A stretch of 64,000 nucleotides of DNA from an uncultured virus (IMG/VR IMGVR_UViG_2690315925_000005) (Duplodnaviria > Heunggongvirae > Uroviricota > Caudoviricetes): IMG/VR virus record IMGVR_UViG_2690315925_000005. One strand, 5' to 3'. A program made the position numbers and the translations under genes. The notes under the pieces are model-generated. The model worked only from the letters and a program-made list of their open reading frames with translations, ran no database searches and was not told where the DNA came from. Shown one piece after another: positions 30,551 to 39,928 of the stretch; position 1 is the first letter of the stretch; each line of letters opens with the position of its first letter.

Positions 30551-31023
30551 CAGTTCACCTTCTGCCCGTTGATCTTGATCTGGATCCCCATCCGCGCCAT
30601 CTCGCCGAGCCATTGCTCCCGGGTCTGCTCAGCCGGCGGGCGCAGGTTCTTCACGTCGTCGCAGAACTCGAGGATGGCGTCATGGATGCGGTGGCGGTAG
30701 GCCGGGACGTCCAAGCCGTAGAGGGCGACCGAGGCGTTCTGCAGGCGAGCAACCATGTCGCCGATGGTGTGGTGGCGACCACGGTCCTTGTCCTCCGGAC
30801 GGAAGATCCAGAAGTCGCGGAACGGCACCACATAGGCTGGGCTGCCGTAAGCGATCATCCCGGTAATCGGGTTCATTCCTTCGACCCGGCGGTTCCCGTT
30901 GCGGATGTAGAGCGCTGCATCGTCGTCGCCATCACGCACGATGTGGGTCAGGTACAGGGTCAGATCGCCCTTCTTGCCACACCACACGAAGCCATCCGGG
31001 GCGAGCTCGACCTCGGTGCTCAT
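30550..31023 (-). CDS. Phage hypothetical protein
   Basis: Coupled to neighbours. Confidence 0.7.
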   Translation of the reverse strand: MSTEVELAPDGFVWCGKKGDLTLYLTHIVRDGDDDAALYIRNGNRRVEGMNPITGMIAYGSPAYVVPFRDFWIFRPEDKDRGRHHTIGDMVARLQNASVALYGLDVPAYRHRIHDAILEFCDDVKNLRPPAEQTREQWLGEMARMGIQIKINGQKVN

Positions 31024-31208
31024 GCCTCAGCTCCCAGCAGCTCCAACGCGGCATTCAGCTCTTCCACCACCGCCGCTGCAGCCTGATCCGGTGACAGGAC
31101 GTGGTCCTCTACCAGGGTGCCGTGGTTCTCGCCCCCCGGCAGGTAGCGTGCGTAGGCGCGGGCCTGCTGCAGATGGATGGCCAGCTGCTGGACCGTGGTC
31201 TCGTCCAC
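31020..31208 (-). CDS. Phage hypothetical protein
   Basis: 62 aa, coupled. Confidence 0.6.
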   Translation of the reverse strand: MDETTVQQLAIHLQQARAYARYLPGGENHGTLVEDHVLSPDQAAAAVVEELNAALELLGAEA

Positions 31209-31209
31209 G

Positions 31210-31488
31210 TCAGTTCGCCTTCCTGGTGAGATCCGACTCGATCCGTGCGGCGATCGCCGGATGGGTCACGGCAATGTCCTGGGCGATGCGCTGCAGGACG
31301 GTCCTGGCGGTGAGCTCGCTCAGCTCGTGGCTGCCACGGTAGTCGACCATGGTGTCGCCCTCCGGCGATCGCAACATGAAAGCAACGCTTACCAGTTGCC
31401 CTTCATCTGCTGCGGCCACCAGCATCGACAGCAGGTCGACCAGTTCGACCGAGGTAGGCGTGTTCCGCTCGCGCGGGGAAACGTTCAT
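31210..31488 (-). CDS. Phage hypothetical protein
   Basis: 92 aa, ATGA overlap with terL. Confidence 0.65.
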   Translation of the reverse strand: MNVSPRERNTPTSVELVDLLSMLVAAADEGQLVSVAFMLRSPEGDTMVDYRGSHELSELTARTVLQRIAQDIAVTHPAIAARIESDLTRKAN

Positions 31489-33038
31489 GCAGTTCTCCAG
31501 TTGTCGTTGGCCATGCCGCGCGACTCGCCGACACGGCGGCCGCTGCTGCTGACATAGCCCTGGGCCGCCTGCCGGAACGCGTCGGCAGGATTACTGGCCC
31601 AGTTGTGGAATGGGAGGTCGGAATACGTTTCGGTCTTCTCGTTCCAGACCTTGGTGTAGCGCCGCAGGGCTTCCAGCCCTCCGCGGCCCTCGCCTGCCTT
31701 GGGTGGGCCGCACCGGACCCTGTCGAACCGGCAGCGCGGCAGCATGTTGCGCACCATGTCGATGCCCTCGGTGATGTCGTTGATCCTGGGCACCACGACA
31801 ACCGGCTTGACCCCCAGCTTGGCGGCGACCTGCACGCGGTTCTCGTTGGCCGACCAGTCCTCGTTGGCACCGTCGTGCGGCCAGTAATGCTTGCCGTACA
31901 GGTAGCCCCGCTCCTTCAGCACCTTGGCGTAGTGCGCAACGCCGAAGCCAGAGTTCTCGTAGAAGTCGACGAAATCCAGCCATGGGCCGTTCTCCTGCAT
32001 GAACCAGATGCTCGTCGCATCGCTGCGCCCGATGTCCCAGAAGGTGTGAATGGGCACCTGCGGGTTGATCGGAAGATCGGTGATCCGCCCGCTGCTGTCG
32101 GCGGCGGCCATTTCCTTGCCGTAGTACGCACCCTCGGTGCTCGCCTGGAAGGCCTCCTCCGGCGTGCTGGGGTGCTCCCGCTTCATCTTGTCGCGCTGCT
32201 CGGCCGCCTTCTTGACGTACCAGGCCTTCTGCTCGGGCCGCAGCGTGTAGTTCATCTCCGCCTCGACCTTGGCGAAGTAGGCCTCGTCCTCGGCGGTGAG
32301 CGTGACTCCGTCCGGATCGAGCTCGTTGATGGGATCCCGGAACCACGGATAGAAGTGGAAGCGGTAGTCCATCGCCGTCAGCTTGGCTGTGCCGGCGCGG
32401 ATCTGCCGGTCCAGCTCAATCGCCGTCTGGCAACGCTCGTAGAAGTCGCCGGCGGCGCCATAGGCGGTCGACTCGATCACCACGATGTTGCCGGAGGCGA
32501 TCGCGTTCAGTGCGCCCGAAGCCACCTCCCCGGCCCGCTCCGGGTACATGGCGCACATCGGCCCGTACTCGGAGATATGCAGAAAGGTCAGCGTGCCGCC
32601 GCGGTGTGACACCGACACTTCGATGCTTGAGCCGTTGGCCAGCTCCAGCACGCCGTCGCGCATGTCCCGACGGACTGCCGGCCGGATCTTCTTCAACCAG
32701 TCCGGCAGGTTGTCGTAGGCATACAGCACCTTGCTGCGGAAGAACTTCGCGGCATCGCCTGCGGTATGGGCGACTACACCGGCCTTGGTGTTCTTCTTGA
32801 ACAGCGCCATGTCCAGAGCGCGGATACAGGCCCAGGTCGTGATGCCGTGCTGGCGCGACTTCAGCGCCAGATTCAACGTGTGCAGGTTGTCATCGAGGTC
32901 GGCCTGCACCTCATTCAGCTTGAACTGCACCCGCCGACCGAACTTGTCGGTGATGTAGTACAGGTTGTTCAGCCGCCACCACCGATCCCCCAGCTTCTCA
33001 ATGATCCTGCTGGCGTCCTGGTCGCTCAGTTCTTCCAC
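31485..33038 (-). CDS. terL: Terminase large subunit
   Basis: LKSRQHGITT Walker A, LHISE Walker B, FWDIGRSD nuclease motif, HNWASNPADAFR. Confidence 0.93.
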   Translation of the reverse strand: MEELSDQDASRIIEKLGDRWWRLNNLYYITDKFGRRVQFKLNEVQADLDDNLHTLNLALKSRQHGITTWACIRALDMALFKKNTKAGVVAHTAGDAAKFFRSKVLYAYDNLPDWLKKIRPAVRRDMRDGVLELANGSSIEVSVSHRGGTLTFLHISEYGPMCAMYPERAGEVASGALNAIASGNIVVIESTAYGAAGDFYERCQTAIELDRQIRAGTAKLTAMDYRFHFYPWFRDPINELDPDGVTLTAEDEAYFAKVEAEMNYTLRPEQKAWYVKKAAEQRDKMKREHPSTPEEAFQASTEGAYYGKEMAAADSSGRITDLPINPQVPIHTFWDIGRSDATSIWFMQENGPWLDFVDFYENSGFGVAHYAKVLKERGYLYGKHYWPHDGANEDWSANENRVQVAAKLGVKPVVVVPRINDITEGIDMVRNMLPRCRFDRVRCGPPKAGEGRGGLEALRRYTKVWNEKTETYSDLPFHNWASNPADAFRQAAQGYVSSSGRRVGESRGMANDNWRTA

Positions 33039-33041
33039 GGC

Positions 33042-33650
33042 CTACTTGCTCCGTGACGCCGACGGCCCGGGGCCCGTATCGGATCCGTCGATCAGATCCA
33101 TCACATCGCCCAGGATCCGGGTCTGGGTTTCGATCGGGCCGCCATCCTTGCCGGTGTGCTCGACCTTCTTGGCGAACATCCCGAAGTGCGTGCCGAGGGT
33201 CTTCACCGCATCCAGACGGCTGACCAGCTTGATCTTCTTGGTCAGGCCGACCGCCCGGCGTTCGTCGCCACGCCCCTCCCACTCCTCGAACACCTCAACG
33301 CCCTGGACGAGGCTGGCCTCTTCGACCGTGAGCTCACTCATCGGCTTGAGGTTGCCGTGCTGGTCGAACAGGGTCCGGATGTCGCCCAACGCCATGAAAG
33401 CCAGCCGGGCCAAAACCGCTTCCTGATCGACGCGCTGAGACAGCAGCAGCTCTTCCTTCCGGCCGGCCAAGTAGGCCTGCACCTTGACGTTGGCCAGCAG
33501 CCTCGCGGCAGCGGCGCTGGCCGCGGCGCCGGTGGCCTTGTAACCGGCGCGCATGTAGGCGGCGGTGCCATTGAAGTCAACCAGGTACTCGTCCGCGAAC
33601 CGCCGTTGCTGGTCCTGCAGGCCCGTCGCCGGGTCGATCTTTCCGGCCAC
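33042..33650 (-). CDS. terS: Terminase small subunit
   Basis: QQRRFADEYLVDFNGTAAYMRAGY..AARLL motif. Confidence 0.9.
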   Translation of the reverse strand: MAGKIDPATGLQDQQRRFADEYLVDFNGTAAYMRAGYKATGAAASAAAARLLANVKVQAYLAGRKEELLLSQRVDQEAVLARLAFMALGDIRTLFDQHGNLKPMSELTVEEASLVQGVEVFEEWEGRGDERRAVGLTKKIKLVSRLDAVKTLGTHFGMFAKKVEHTGKDGGPIETQTRILGDVMDLIDGSDTGPGPSASRSK

Positions 33651-33673
33651 TGGCTGGGTTCCTCTCAGATTGA

Positions 33674-34138
33674 TCAAAGTTGAGCAGTGGGGCCGTCACC
33701 AGCCTCCAGCGGGAGCTCTACACTCGCCGGCCATGGGAACGCCTCAGGCTGCGGGAGGAGCGGACGCACCTGCTCCCAGGTCTCGATGCCGGCAGGCGGA
33801 TTCAACACTAGGGTCTCAAGGGCCTGATTTACTGCATCGCGCCAGGCTACCAGTGCACGGGCCTCCAGACGGTACCGCTCAACACCGCTGTTGAAGTAGC
33901 CCACACACGTCTCGATGCTGTCGTACTGCCGGGCGTTTACCTCGGCATTCATCCATGCCCAGGCGGCCGCTCGAATTGCGCGGCAGTGCTCTGGTGAGTG
34001 AAGGGTGTATGCGGCCGGAAGCGGGAGGGGTGCATGCGATTCCAGCCATTTGGAGGGCCACATCCAATGCCCGCGGGGAATGAACGCGCCGGTTTCGATG
34101 CAGAGGAGTACGTCCGGGTTCTCCGTGAGCCGGTACAT
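33674..34138 (-). CDS. Tail-fibre assembly-like protein
   Basis: GAFIP and RQYDSIETCVGY..EARALVAWRD; follows fibre gene. Confidence 0.6.
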   Translation of the reverse strand: MYRLTENPDVLLCIETGAFIPRGHWMWPSKWLESHAPLPLPAAYTLHSPEHCRAIRAAAWAWMNAEVNARQYDSIETCVGYFNSGVERYRLEARALVAWRDAVNQALETLVLNPPAGIETWEQVRPLLPQPEAFPWPASVELPLEAGDGPTAQL

Positions 34139-34140
34139 AG

Positions 34141-35214
34141 CTATATCTCCGCGTCGGCAGTGAAGTGATACCAGCCGCCGTAGCGTCCGGCGGAATTGGA
34201 CCACTGCAGCTCGAACGAAGAAACACCTTGATTGGCCACAGTAACAGTACGCGCGCTGCCGTCGTCTTGGGCAACGCTCCCGGGCACCCCGCCTGGAGCC
34301 GTATAGACAGTAATACTTGGAGTCACTCGCTTCTGCACAAGGAAACCCTGTGTGCAAAAGAGGAAGCCTCCGGCAGCAGGCTGCACCGCGAAAGCACGTC
34401 TACCTTGGTTATCAATCGTGCCGGGACTGACCTCCGGCATGTAGCTTTTCTCGTAGTAGCGCTGGCAGAGCATCAGTTCCAAAGCCAGAGGTCGGCGTTC
34501 GAAGCTGGTGGCAGTGGCGCCCCTCTCAAGCTGGACCTGCGTGAACTCAAAAAGTCCGGTTTGGCCCACCAGTTGGTTGCCGTAGCCGCTGGCTGCGGCA
34601 AAGTCAAAGATGATCTGCAAGCAATCATTTACCGCTGAGGCACCTACGGTCTTGCCCGCCAGAGAAGGTACATCAAAGGTTGCGGTGTACTTCTGGAATG
34701 CGGTGGTTAGAGTGAAAACCGGGCCTTCGATGAAGATCGCTGGCGACGCGCCGCTACCGCCGCCAAAGTCCTGAACAAGGCGGACACCGACCTTCTTTCC
34801 TGCGACAGCGGAGCGCATCCAGAAAGAAAGTGTGGCCTTGCCGCCGGCGTAGGACCACACGTTCTCGATTTTCTGGCGGACCCAAGCCGAGTTGGTGCCT
34901 GCCGCGACGTTCACACCCTGGAAGAAGCGAGGCGGATGCGGTACCGGTAGCGCGTCGCCAATAGCGAACGTCCCTACACCCCAATTTGAGGTACCGGTAC
35001 CGAGAGAGGCAAAGAGCCACCGGTCCAACGTGAAGCTCTCCCCGTCTGGCCGCGTCCCTGCTGAACCACGCTGGAAGAAGTCCATGTTTCCGTTGATCAG
35101 AAGGTTCCGACCGATGTAGCCCTCGATCAGGTTGCCGTCGATCGTATCGCCGATGGCAAGCTCGACGATACGCGCAGCGAGCTGGTCAAGAATGAGGGGT
35201 GGGCGAATGGTCAT
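34141..35214 (-). CDS. Tail fibre/receptor-binding-like protein
   Basis: RNLLINGNMDFFQRG..DRW..VQLERGATATSFERRPLALELMLCQRYYEKS. Confidence 0.75.
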   Translation of the reverse strand: MTIRPPLILDQLAARIVELAIGDTIDGNLIEGYIGRNLLINGNMDFFQRGSAGTRPDGESFTLDRWLFASLGTGTSNWGVGTFAIGDALPVPHPPRFFQGVNVAAGTNSAWVRQKIENVWSYAGGKATLSFWMRSAVAGKKVGVRLVQDFGGGSGASPAIFIEGPVFTLTTAFQKYTATFDVPSLAGKTVGASAVNDCLQIIFDFAAASGYGNQLVGQTGLFEFTQVQLERGATATSFERRPLALELMLCQRYYEKSYMPEVSPGTIDNQGRRAFAVQPAAGGFLFCTQGFLVQKRVTPSITVYTAPGGVPGSVAQDDGSARTVTVANQGVSSFELQWSNSAGRYGGWYHFTADAEI

Positions 35215-35417
35215 TACGCAGTCGCCTGCACGTCGAACGTGCCTCCGGCCCGGAGCCCGATCGTGAGCGTGAACGTGGTCGAGAGCGGCAAGGAGACAAT
35301 GCCGCCGCTGCGCAGACCAACGGGCAGATAGAGCGGAACACCTATCAGGATGTCGCCGGCCGGAAGCTCCCTGGTGCGATTGCTCGCGTCCAGGACAAGC
35401 GGACGTCGTGCTGCCAT
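35214..35417 (-). CDS. Small virion-associated protein
   Basis: MAARRPLVLD..ELPAGD, similar to N-terminus of the fibre gene. Confidence 0.6.
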   Translation of the reverse strand: MAARRPLVLDASNRTRELPAGDILIGVPLYLPVGLRSGGIVSLPLSTTFTLTIGLRAGGTFDVQATA

Positions 35418-35418
35418 A

Positions 35419-35946
35419 TCAGGCTCGGACCACCGGATTGCCGATCTCGGCGTTGATTTCCCCCACGGCGGTGGCCACTCCCACGATCTGCAGAATGTGG
35501 CCGGCCGTGGCGGTGCCTGACGCCAGCGGCACGACACCTCCCGGGGAGGTATGGCTCAGCACGTACGTCGCCCCCGGGGCAAGGCCCGAAAGCGAGCTGT
35601 TCGGCCCCTCGAAGTACACAGTGGCGTCGCCGCCGATAGAACCGACCCCGGCGCGCACGAAACCATGGGCCCGCTTGCCTGCGTTGGCGGCACTGGCATC
35701 AGCCTTGCGCACCTTGGCCGTGCCGGCGTCATCCCAGATGTTCACGTAGTCGCCAGCCGCGAGCACCTCGCTGGCCGGATAGATCTTGGTGTCCGCGCCA
35801 ATGCCGGCCGGCAGCAGCGAGTCGTCGAAGCGGCCATCAGGGCCGAGTGCCGCGATCTTGCCGGCATCTGGGGCGCCGGCTGACGCGGTGACGCCTTCGA
35901 CCTCGGTGGTGATGTTGTTCTTGAGCTGCAGGGTCTTGTCGGCCAT
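35419..35946 (-). CDS. Virion (cement/decoration-like) protein
   Basis: E.LAAGDYVNI..KADAS..AHGFV..GLAPGATYVLS. Confidence 0.65.
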   Translation of the reverse strand: MADKTLQLKNNITTEVEGVTASAGAPDAGKIAALGPDGRFDDSLLPAGIGADTKIYPASEVLAAGDYVNIWDDAGTAKVRKADASAANAGKRAHGFVRAGVGSIGGDATVYFEGPNSSLSGLAPGATYVLSHTSPGGVVPLASGTATAGHILQIVGVATAVGEINAEIGNPVVRA

Positions 35947-35950
35947 GGGT

Positions 35951-36499
35951 TCAGATCCGCGCAATAGGTGAGTCGAAGTCGATCATCAGGGTGGTGGCGT
36001 TGAGCGCCCGGCCGATGCACAGCAGCCAGCCGGTATCGCCCGGGCTCTGGGTAAGAGCGCCATCTGCTCCGCACCACACCGCGCCGTCGCGCCAAGTCCA
36101 GCTGGCTTCCTCGATCGTGCCGGCCAGGCGCACAGCGACCTCGCCTGTGATGGCCGACTGCAGGGCGATGCCGATGCAGGCCTGCGCGTGTTCCAGCACC
36201 GCCGTGTCCGGGTGATAGGCCTTGCCACTGTCCAGGCGTACGACGCGATGACCATGGATCGGCTCACCGACCGGGTACGTCGCTTCTGGCGAGGTGCCGT
36301 CGCGGCCGGCCGGACCTGTTGGGCCCTGCGCACCGCGCGCTGCAACCTCAACCGACCGCGTGTCTGCCTGGATTGCCTCGACCCTGGTCGGTCGGGCCGT
36401 AGCGACGATAGGTGTGCGGGGATCTCGGATGGCAACGGCGCCGCGGCGCTCAACCACGATCACCCGTGCTGCTCCCTCGCTGGCTCGGATCACAGGCAT
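35951..36499 (-). CDS. Virion protein with short collagen-like stretch
   Basis: GAQGPTGPAGRDG. Confidence 0.65.
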   Translation of the reverse strand: MPVIRASEGAARVIVVERRGAVAIRDPRTPIVATARPTRVEAIQADTRSVEVAARGAQGPTGPAGRDGTSPEATYPVGEPIHGHRVVRLDSGKAYHPDTAVLEHAQACIGIALQSAITGEVAVRLAGTIEEASWTWRDGAVWCGADGALTQSPGDTGWLLCIGRALNATTLMIDFDSPIARI

Positions 36500-36903
36500 C
36501 AGCGTGTTGTCTCGCCCTGGACAGTGACCTTGCCGGCCACCAGCGGGATCACGTACTCCGGATCTGCGCCAGCCGGCTTGAACAGCTCCAGGCTGTAGCA
36601 GTGCTTCACCTTGCGCGCGTTCGCTGGGTTCAGCACCTCGGTGGCCACCGCTGGCACGGTGATCGCGACCACCCCGTCCAACGGGTCGGCGATGACCAGC
36701 GAAGCGGCCGCGGTACTGAGCTCCATGACCAGGGTGTCAGCCTCGGTCAGCCCGAACTGGCCCGCCAGCGTCCGCACCTGCATCCGTGCCTGGTAGCCGG
36801 TCAGGTCGAACGGGCTCCCATCCGGATTGGTGTAGGTGAAGTCGTCCTCCCACGTCGCGCCACGCACGACCGTGAGGCTGAAGCTGGCGGGCGTCCGGCT
36901 CAC
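36499..36903 (-). CDS. Fibre/baseplate adaptor-like protein
   Basis: RGATW..PFDLTGYQARMQVR motif. Confidence 0.65.
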   Translation of the reverse strand: MSRTPASFSLTVVRGATWEDDFTYTNPDGSPFDLTGYQARMQVRTLAGQFGLTEADTLVMELSTAAASLVIADPLDGVVAITVPAVATEVLNPANARKVKHCYSLELFKPAGADPEYVIPLVAGKVTVQGETTR

Positions 36904-37184
36904 AGAGTCAGCTGAGCATGCAGCTCGGTGATGATGTCCAGGGTGGCTGCCGCAGAGTCGCGCCGCTGGAACAGGTCTTCGAGCAACGGCGAGACACCGA
37001 GTGCACGGCCCGTGGACGGTGCGGCATCCGCTTTGCTTGCGACCAGCACCGGTGCGAGGCGAAGTGCCAGCTGCTCGACGGCGATATGCAGCTCCTGCTG
37101 AGTTCGCGCCAGGTCCTTCACGGCGGATTCGATCGGGGTCTGCGGGTCCGCCAGTGGACTTGTACCGGCTTGCTGGTTCGACAT
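36900..37184 (-). CDS. Phage hypothetical protein
   Basis: 94 aa, AGGAG SD. Confidence 0.6.
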   Translation of the reverse strand: MSNQQAGTSPLADPQTPIESAVKDLARTQQELHIAVEQLALRLAPVLVASKADAAPSTGRALGVSPLLEDLFQRRDSAAATLDIITELHAQLTL

Positions 37185-37213
37185 GCTGCTCTCCTATGGC
37201 GCCGGGATGGCGC

Positions 37214-37510
37214 TCAAAGCTGGATTACGTTCTTGGCGTCGAGCCGGCGCAGGCACTGTTCGCAGGCCTTACGTCGCACGTCGCAGGTGCGGAGCTTGTC
37301 GGCCAACTGGCCGACCACGTCCCCGCCGATGTTGTCCCAGGCGTCCGCGGCAGCAGGATCGGCCGTCACACGCACGCCGGTGTCTTCGCCGGCATCGACG
37401 CACGGGCGGAAGCACATCGCGTCGCACTGCGCCGGCACACGCTGCAGGTGCTGCGTGCAGCCGGCCAGCAGCATCAGTGCCGCGATCGGGAGAGCCTGGC
37501 GCAGCTGCAT
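37214..37510 (-). CDS. o-spanin-like lipoprotein
   Basis: Lipobox LLAGC, Cys-rich, in lysis cassette. Confidence 0.7.
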   Translation of the reverse strand: MQLRQALPIAALMLLAGCTQHLQRVPAQCDAMCFRPCVDAGEDTGVRVTADPAAADAWDNIGGDVVGQLADKLRTCDVRRKACEQCLRRLDAKNVIQL

Positions 37511-37514
37511 GGTG

Positions 37515-37844
37515 TCAGCGCTGCGGCCAATGCCAGCGACCCGGGTGGCTGCCGGATTCCTCGCTGGCCTCGTCCCGGCTGGTGACCCACAGCACGTCGT
37601 TGCCGTCCAGGAACACTTGGGCGTTGATCTGGCCGTTCGGCTGTACCGCAACGATCATGGCCGGCAGCACGTCGCCAGCGGCGACCTTGTTGCCGATGTG
37701 TGCCTGGGCGCCGACGGGCCAGGCGTCTTCCAGCAGCCGCTCCTGGATGGACGGGCCATCGGTCCTGCGTGCGTTGATACGGGTCGCGTCGGTATCGCTC
37801 AGGGCGTAGTGGATGATCCGTCCGATCGAGGGTTTCTGGGTCAC
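37515..37844 (-). CDS. Phage hypothetical protein
   Basis: KPSIGRIIHY..PAMIVAV..GRWHWP. Confidence 0.7.
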   Translation of the reverse strand: MTQKPSIGRIIHYALSDTDATRINARRTDGPSIQERLLEDAWPVGAQAHIGNKVAAGDVLPAMIVAVQPNGQINAQVFLDGNDVLWVTSRDEASEESGSHPGRWHWPQR

Positions 37845-38215
37845 TTCGCAGTCCTGCTGGTCGGCCCGAGGGCCTGGTTGATGGCGTCGACCCGGGCCTG
37901 ACCCGGGGCGCAGTTGGCTGGCAGCGGCTGCGCTGCAGCTGCTGCTCGATAGATGGTTCGGGTTCGCTCTCCGCGCGCGGCGATCGCCTCCAGGCGCTGC
38001 AGCAGCTGGCCACTGTCGGACTGGGCTTGACGTGCGATTTCTGCCGTCACCTCAAGGGTGTCCGCGAGAGTGGCCGCCCGTGATGCAGCTGCAGCCTCAC
38101 GGCGATCGCCGTACTGCCTGACGTTGAGCCAGAGCGACAGGGTCAGCAGGCCGGTCAGGATGGCAACCCACTTCCAGGCTGCCCACCAGGCAGAGACGGC
38201 CGCCCTGGTGATCAC
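37841..38215 (-). CDS. i-spanin-like protein
   Basis: N-terminal TM plus coiled coil; GTGA overlap with endolysin stop. Confidence 0.7.
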   Translation of the reverse strand: MITRAAVSAWWAAWKWVAILTGLLTLSLWLNVRQYGDRREAAAASRAATLADTLEVTAEIARQAQSDSGQLLQRLEAIAARGERTRTIYRAAAAAQPLPANCAPGQARVDAINQALGPTSRTAK

Positions 38216-38754
38216 TGCAAGCGGCCTTGGCAGGTGGCCATTTCCCACTGCCGGCGATCGATGATGCCGCCGCACTTCGCACTCCACTGTGGCAGTGCGC
38301 AGTCGCGTTTCGCGCCGCCGATCGTGACGTAACGCCACTTCCACATTTCGGCGCATGCAGCCTGGCGCTCGCCGGCGTTGAGTCGCCGCGCCGCTGTGCT
38401 GGCGCAGAAAGCCGGCGTGCCGATGTTGTAGGCGAAGTGGCCCCAGGCCTTGATCTCGTGGAACTCGAACTCGCCGCGGACGCACTGCCCCATGTGGCCC
38501 AGCATGGTCTGCACGTAGGTCGTTTCCAGCCTGGTGCACTCGGCGTCGGTGTACCTCTTGCCCTTCACGACTGCCGGGCCCGTGATGCCGGCGCAGACAG
38601 TCAGGATGCCGGCCGAGTCGTAGTACGGGGTGTAGCGCCGCCCTTCATGAGCCGAGTCGTTCGTGCCCAAGGCGGCGACCAAGGCACCGATCAGCGCCAG
38701 CGGTGCTGCGGCGAAGCCGACGCGTTGCTTGGTGCTGAGCTTGGCGTCAGCCAC
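38212..38754 (-). CDS. SAR-type endolysin (GH24 lysozyme)
   Basis: Ala/Gly-rich N-terminal anchor then HEGRRYTPYYDSAGILTVCAGIT (E-x8-D-x5 catalytic region); FAYNIG. Confidence 0.88.
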   Translation of the reverse strand: MADAKLSTKQRVGFAAAPLALIGALVAALGTNDSAHEGRRYTPYYDSAGILTVCAGITGPAVVKGKRYTDAECTRLETTYVQTMLGHMGQCVRGEFEFHEIKAWGHFAYNIGTPAFCASTAARRLNAGERQAACAEMWKWRYVTIGGAKRDCALPQWSAKCGGIIDRRQWEMATCQGRLQ

Positions 38755-39001
38755 GGCGGCGGATCCACGCCCAGAGTCGCCTGGCGTTGCCCATGCGAGC
38801 GGTCCACCAGGCCGACCAGTCACCCCAGTTCTTCACCATGACGGTGAACGTCTGGACGATGGTGAAGATGATCGTGCCGATCAGCGCCCAGTCGCTCAGG
38901 GTGTAGCCCGGCGAGTAGGTCGCAGCGGTGACGCTCACGGCCGCCCCGATCTTCGAACCTGCGACCGCCAGGTCCGTTGTGATCTGCTCTTTGATGCTCA
39001 C
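38747..39001 (-). CDS. Holin
   Basis: 84 aa, TM segment(s), basic C-terminus, directly upstream of endolysin. Confidence 0.75.
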   Translation of the reverse strand: MSIKEQITTDLAVAGSKIGAAVSVTAATYSPGYTLSDWALIGTIIFTIVQTFTVMVKNWGDWSAWWTARMGNARRLWAWIRRRG

Positions 39002-39132
39002 CGCGGTTCCCCCAATGAAAGGAGGCCGGCATGCCCACCACTACCGCGGTTGCAAGGTCGCGCGGACACCAGCGGCGCGTCTCACGACGGCCTATGTGCT
39101 GGCTTGAGTGGTGGCCATGACTACCGGCCGTT

Positions 39133-39209
39133 TGGTAGCGGGAGGTGGATTCGAACCACCGACCTCGTGGTTATGAGCCACGCGAGCTGCCGGACTGCTC
39201 TACCCCGCA
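39133..39209 (-). tRNA. tRNA-Met(CAT), initiator-like
   Basis: 77-nt cloverleaf TGCGGGG..GAGC..GCTC..CGTGG-CTCATAA-CCACG..GGTGG-TTCGAAT-CCACC..TCCCGCT-A-CCA. Confidence 0.92.
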
Positions 39210-39339
39210 AACAAGAAGGCCGCTGATCAACCAGCGGACTCCCACGTCCTGGTCAACCAACGGCCTTTGAACTGAGGCGCCCATAAGAACGCCCACTGTA
39301 GGAATTCAAACCTACTTTCGGTTCCCGAGGCAACTGCGG

Positions 39340-39373
39340 TTCCTCATGAGGAAGAAATCTTCCTCATGAGGAA
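39340..39373. promoter_or_regulatory. Two perfect 14-bp palindromes upstream of the late operon
   Basis: TTCCTCATGAGGAA at 39340 and 39360. Confidence 0.7.
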
Positions 39374-39413
39374 CAAGTGAGGTCAGCTATGTGAACGTCT
39401 TGCCTGCTGCTAG

Positions 39414-39845
39414 TCAGTCTCCGAAGTCCGGCGTGTAGGCGTACGAAGGCTGTTGATAGAGCCAGCTGGCGTCGAACGTGAATCCTTCTTCTTTGCCCTG
39501 ATTGATTGGGTACATCGTGTCATGGACAGCTGCGAGCAGCGCATCAAGGATCGTGTTCGCTCCGTCATTACCAGGGTATGGATGCTGCATGTTAGGTGCC
39601 TTGGCATGGACGCTACGAGCCATGCGGTACCTATTTGTAGAGATCTTTGAGGGCCAGATTTTCACGCGCAGATCAAACTGCGCCCCGCCACCAGCATTCA
39701 GCCTCAGAACGTATTCCCAGGCCACACGACCCTTGGTGATTCCAGCCTTCGAATCGAGATCTGTTTCGATGAAGCTCGCAGCGGCTCGAAGCGCCTCTTC
39801 GGCCGTCACAATGTTCCCGCTCAAGTCAAAAAACTGTCCCGTCAC
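39414..39845 (-). CDS. Accessory hypothetical protein
   Basis: AAGGAG SD, GTG start, lower GC. Confidence 0.7.
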   Translation of the reverse strand: MTGQFFDLSGNIVTAEEALRAAASFIETDLDSKAGITKGRVAWEYVLRLNAGGGAQFDLRVKIWPSKISTNRYRMARSVHAKAPNMQHPYPGNDGANTILDALLAAVHDTMYPINQGKEEGFTFDASWLYQQPSYAYTPDFGD

Positions 39846-39928
39846 TGCTGCTCCTTTTCCCGGCCGAGATGGCCCTAACAAACCTTAACAAATGTGATAA
39901 TCCCGGCCAATACAGGGAGGGTGTTGCA

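Noticed and set aside
33674..35214. Possible diversity-generating retroelement or invertible tail-fibre system
   Set aside because: No reverse transcriptase, invertase or template/variable repeat pair seen.
39249..39258. Single CTGGTCAACC resembling the arm-site motif near the tRNA
   Set aside because: One short copy with no att core nearby; chance is plausible.
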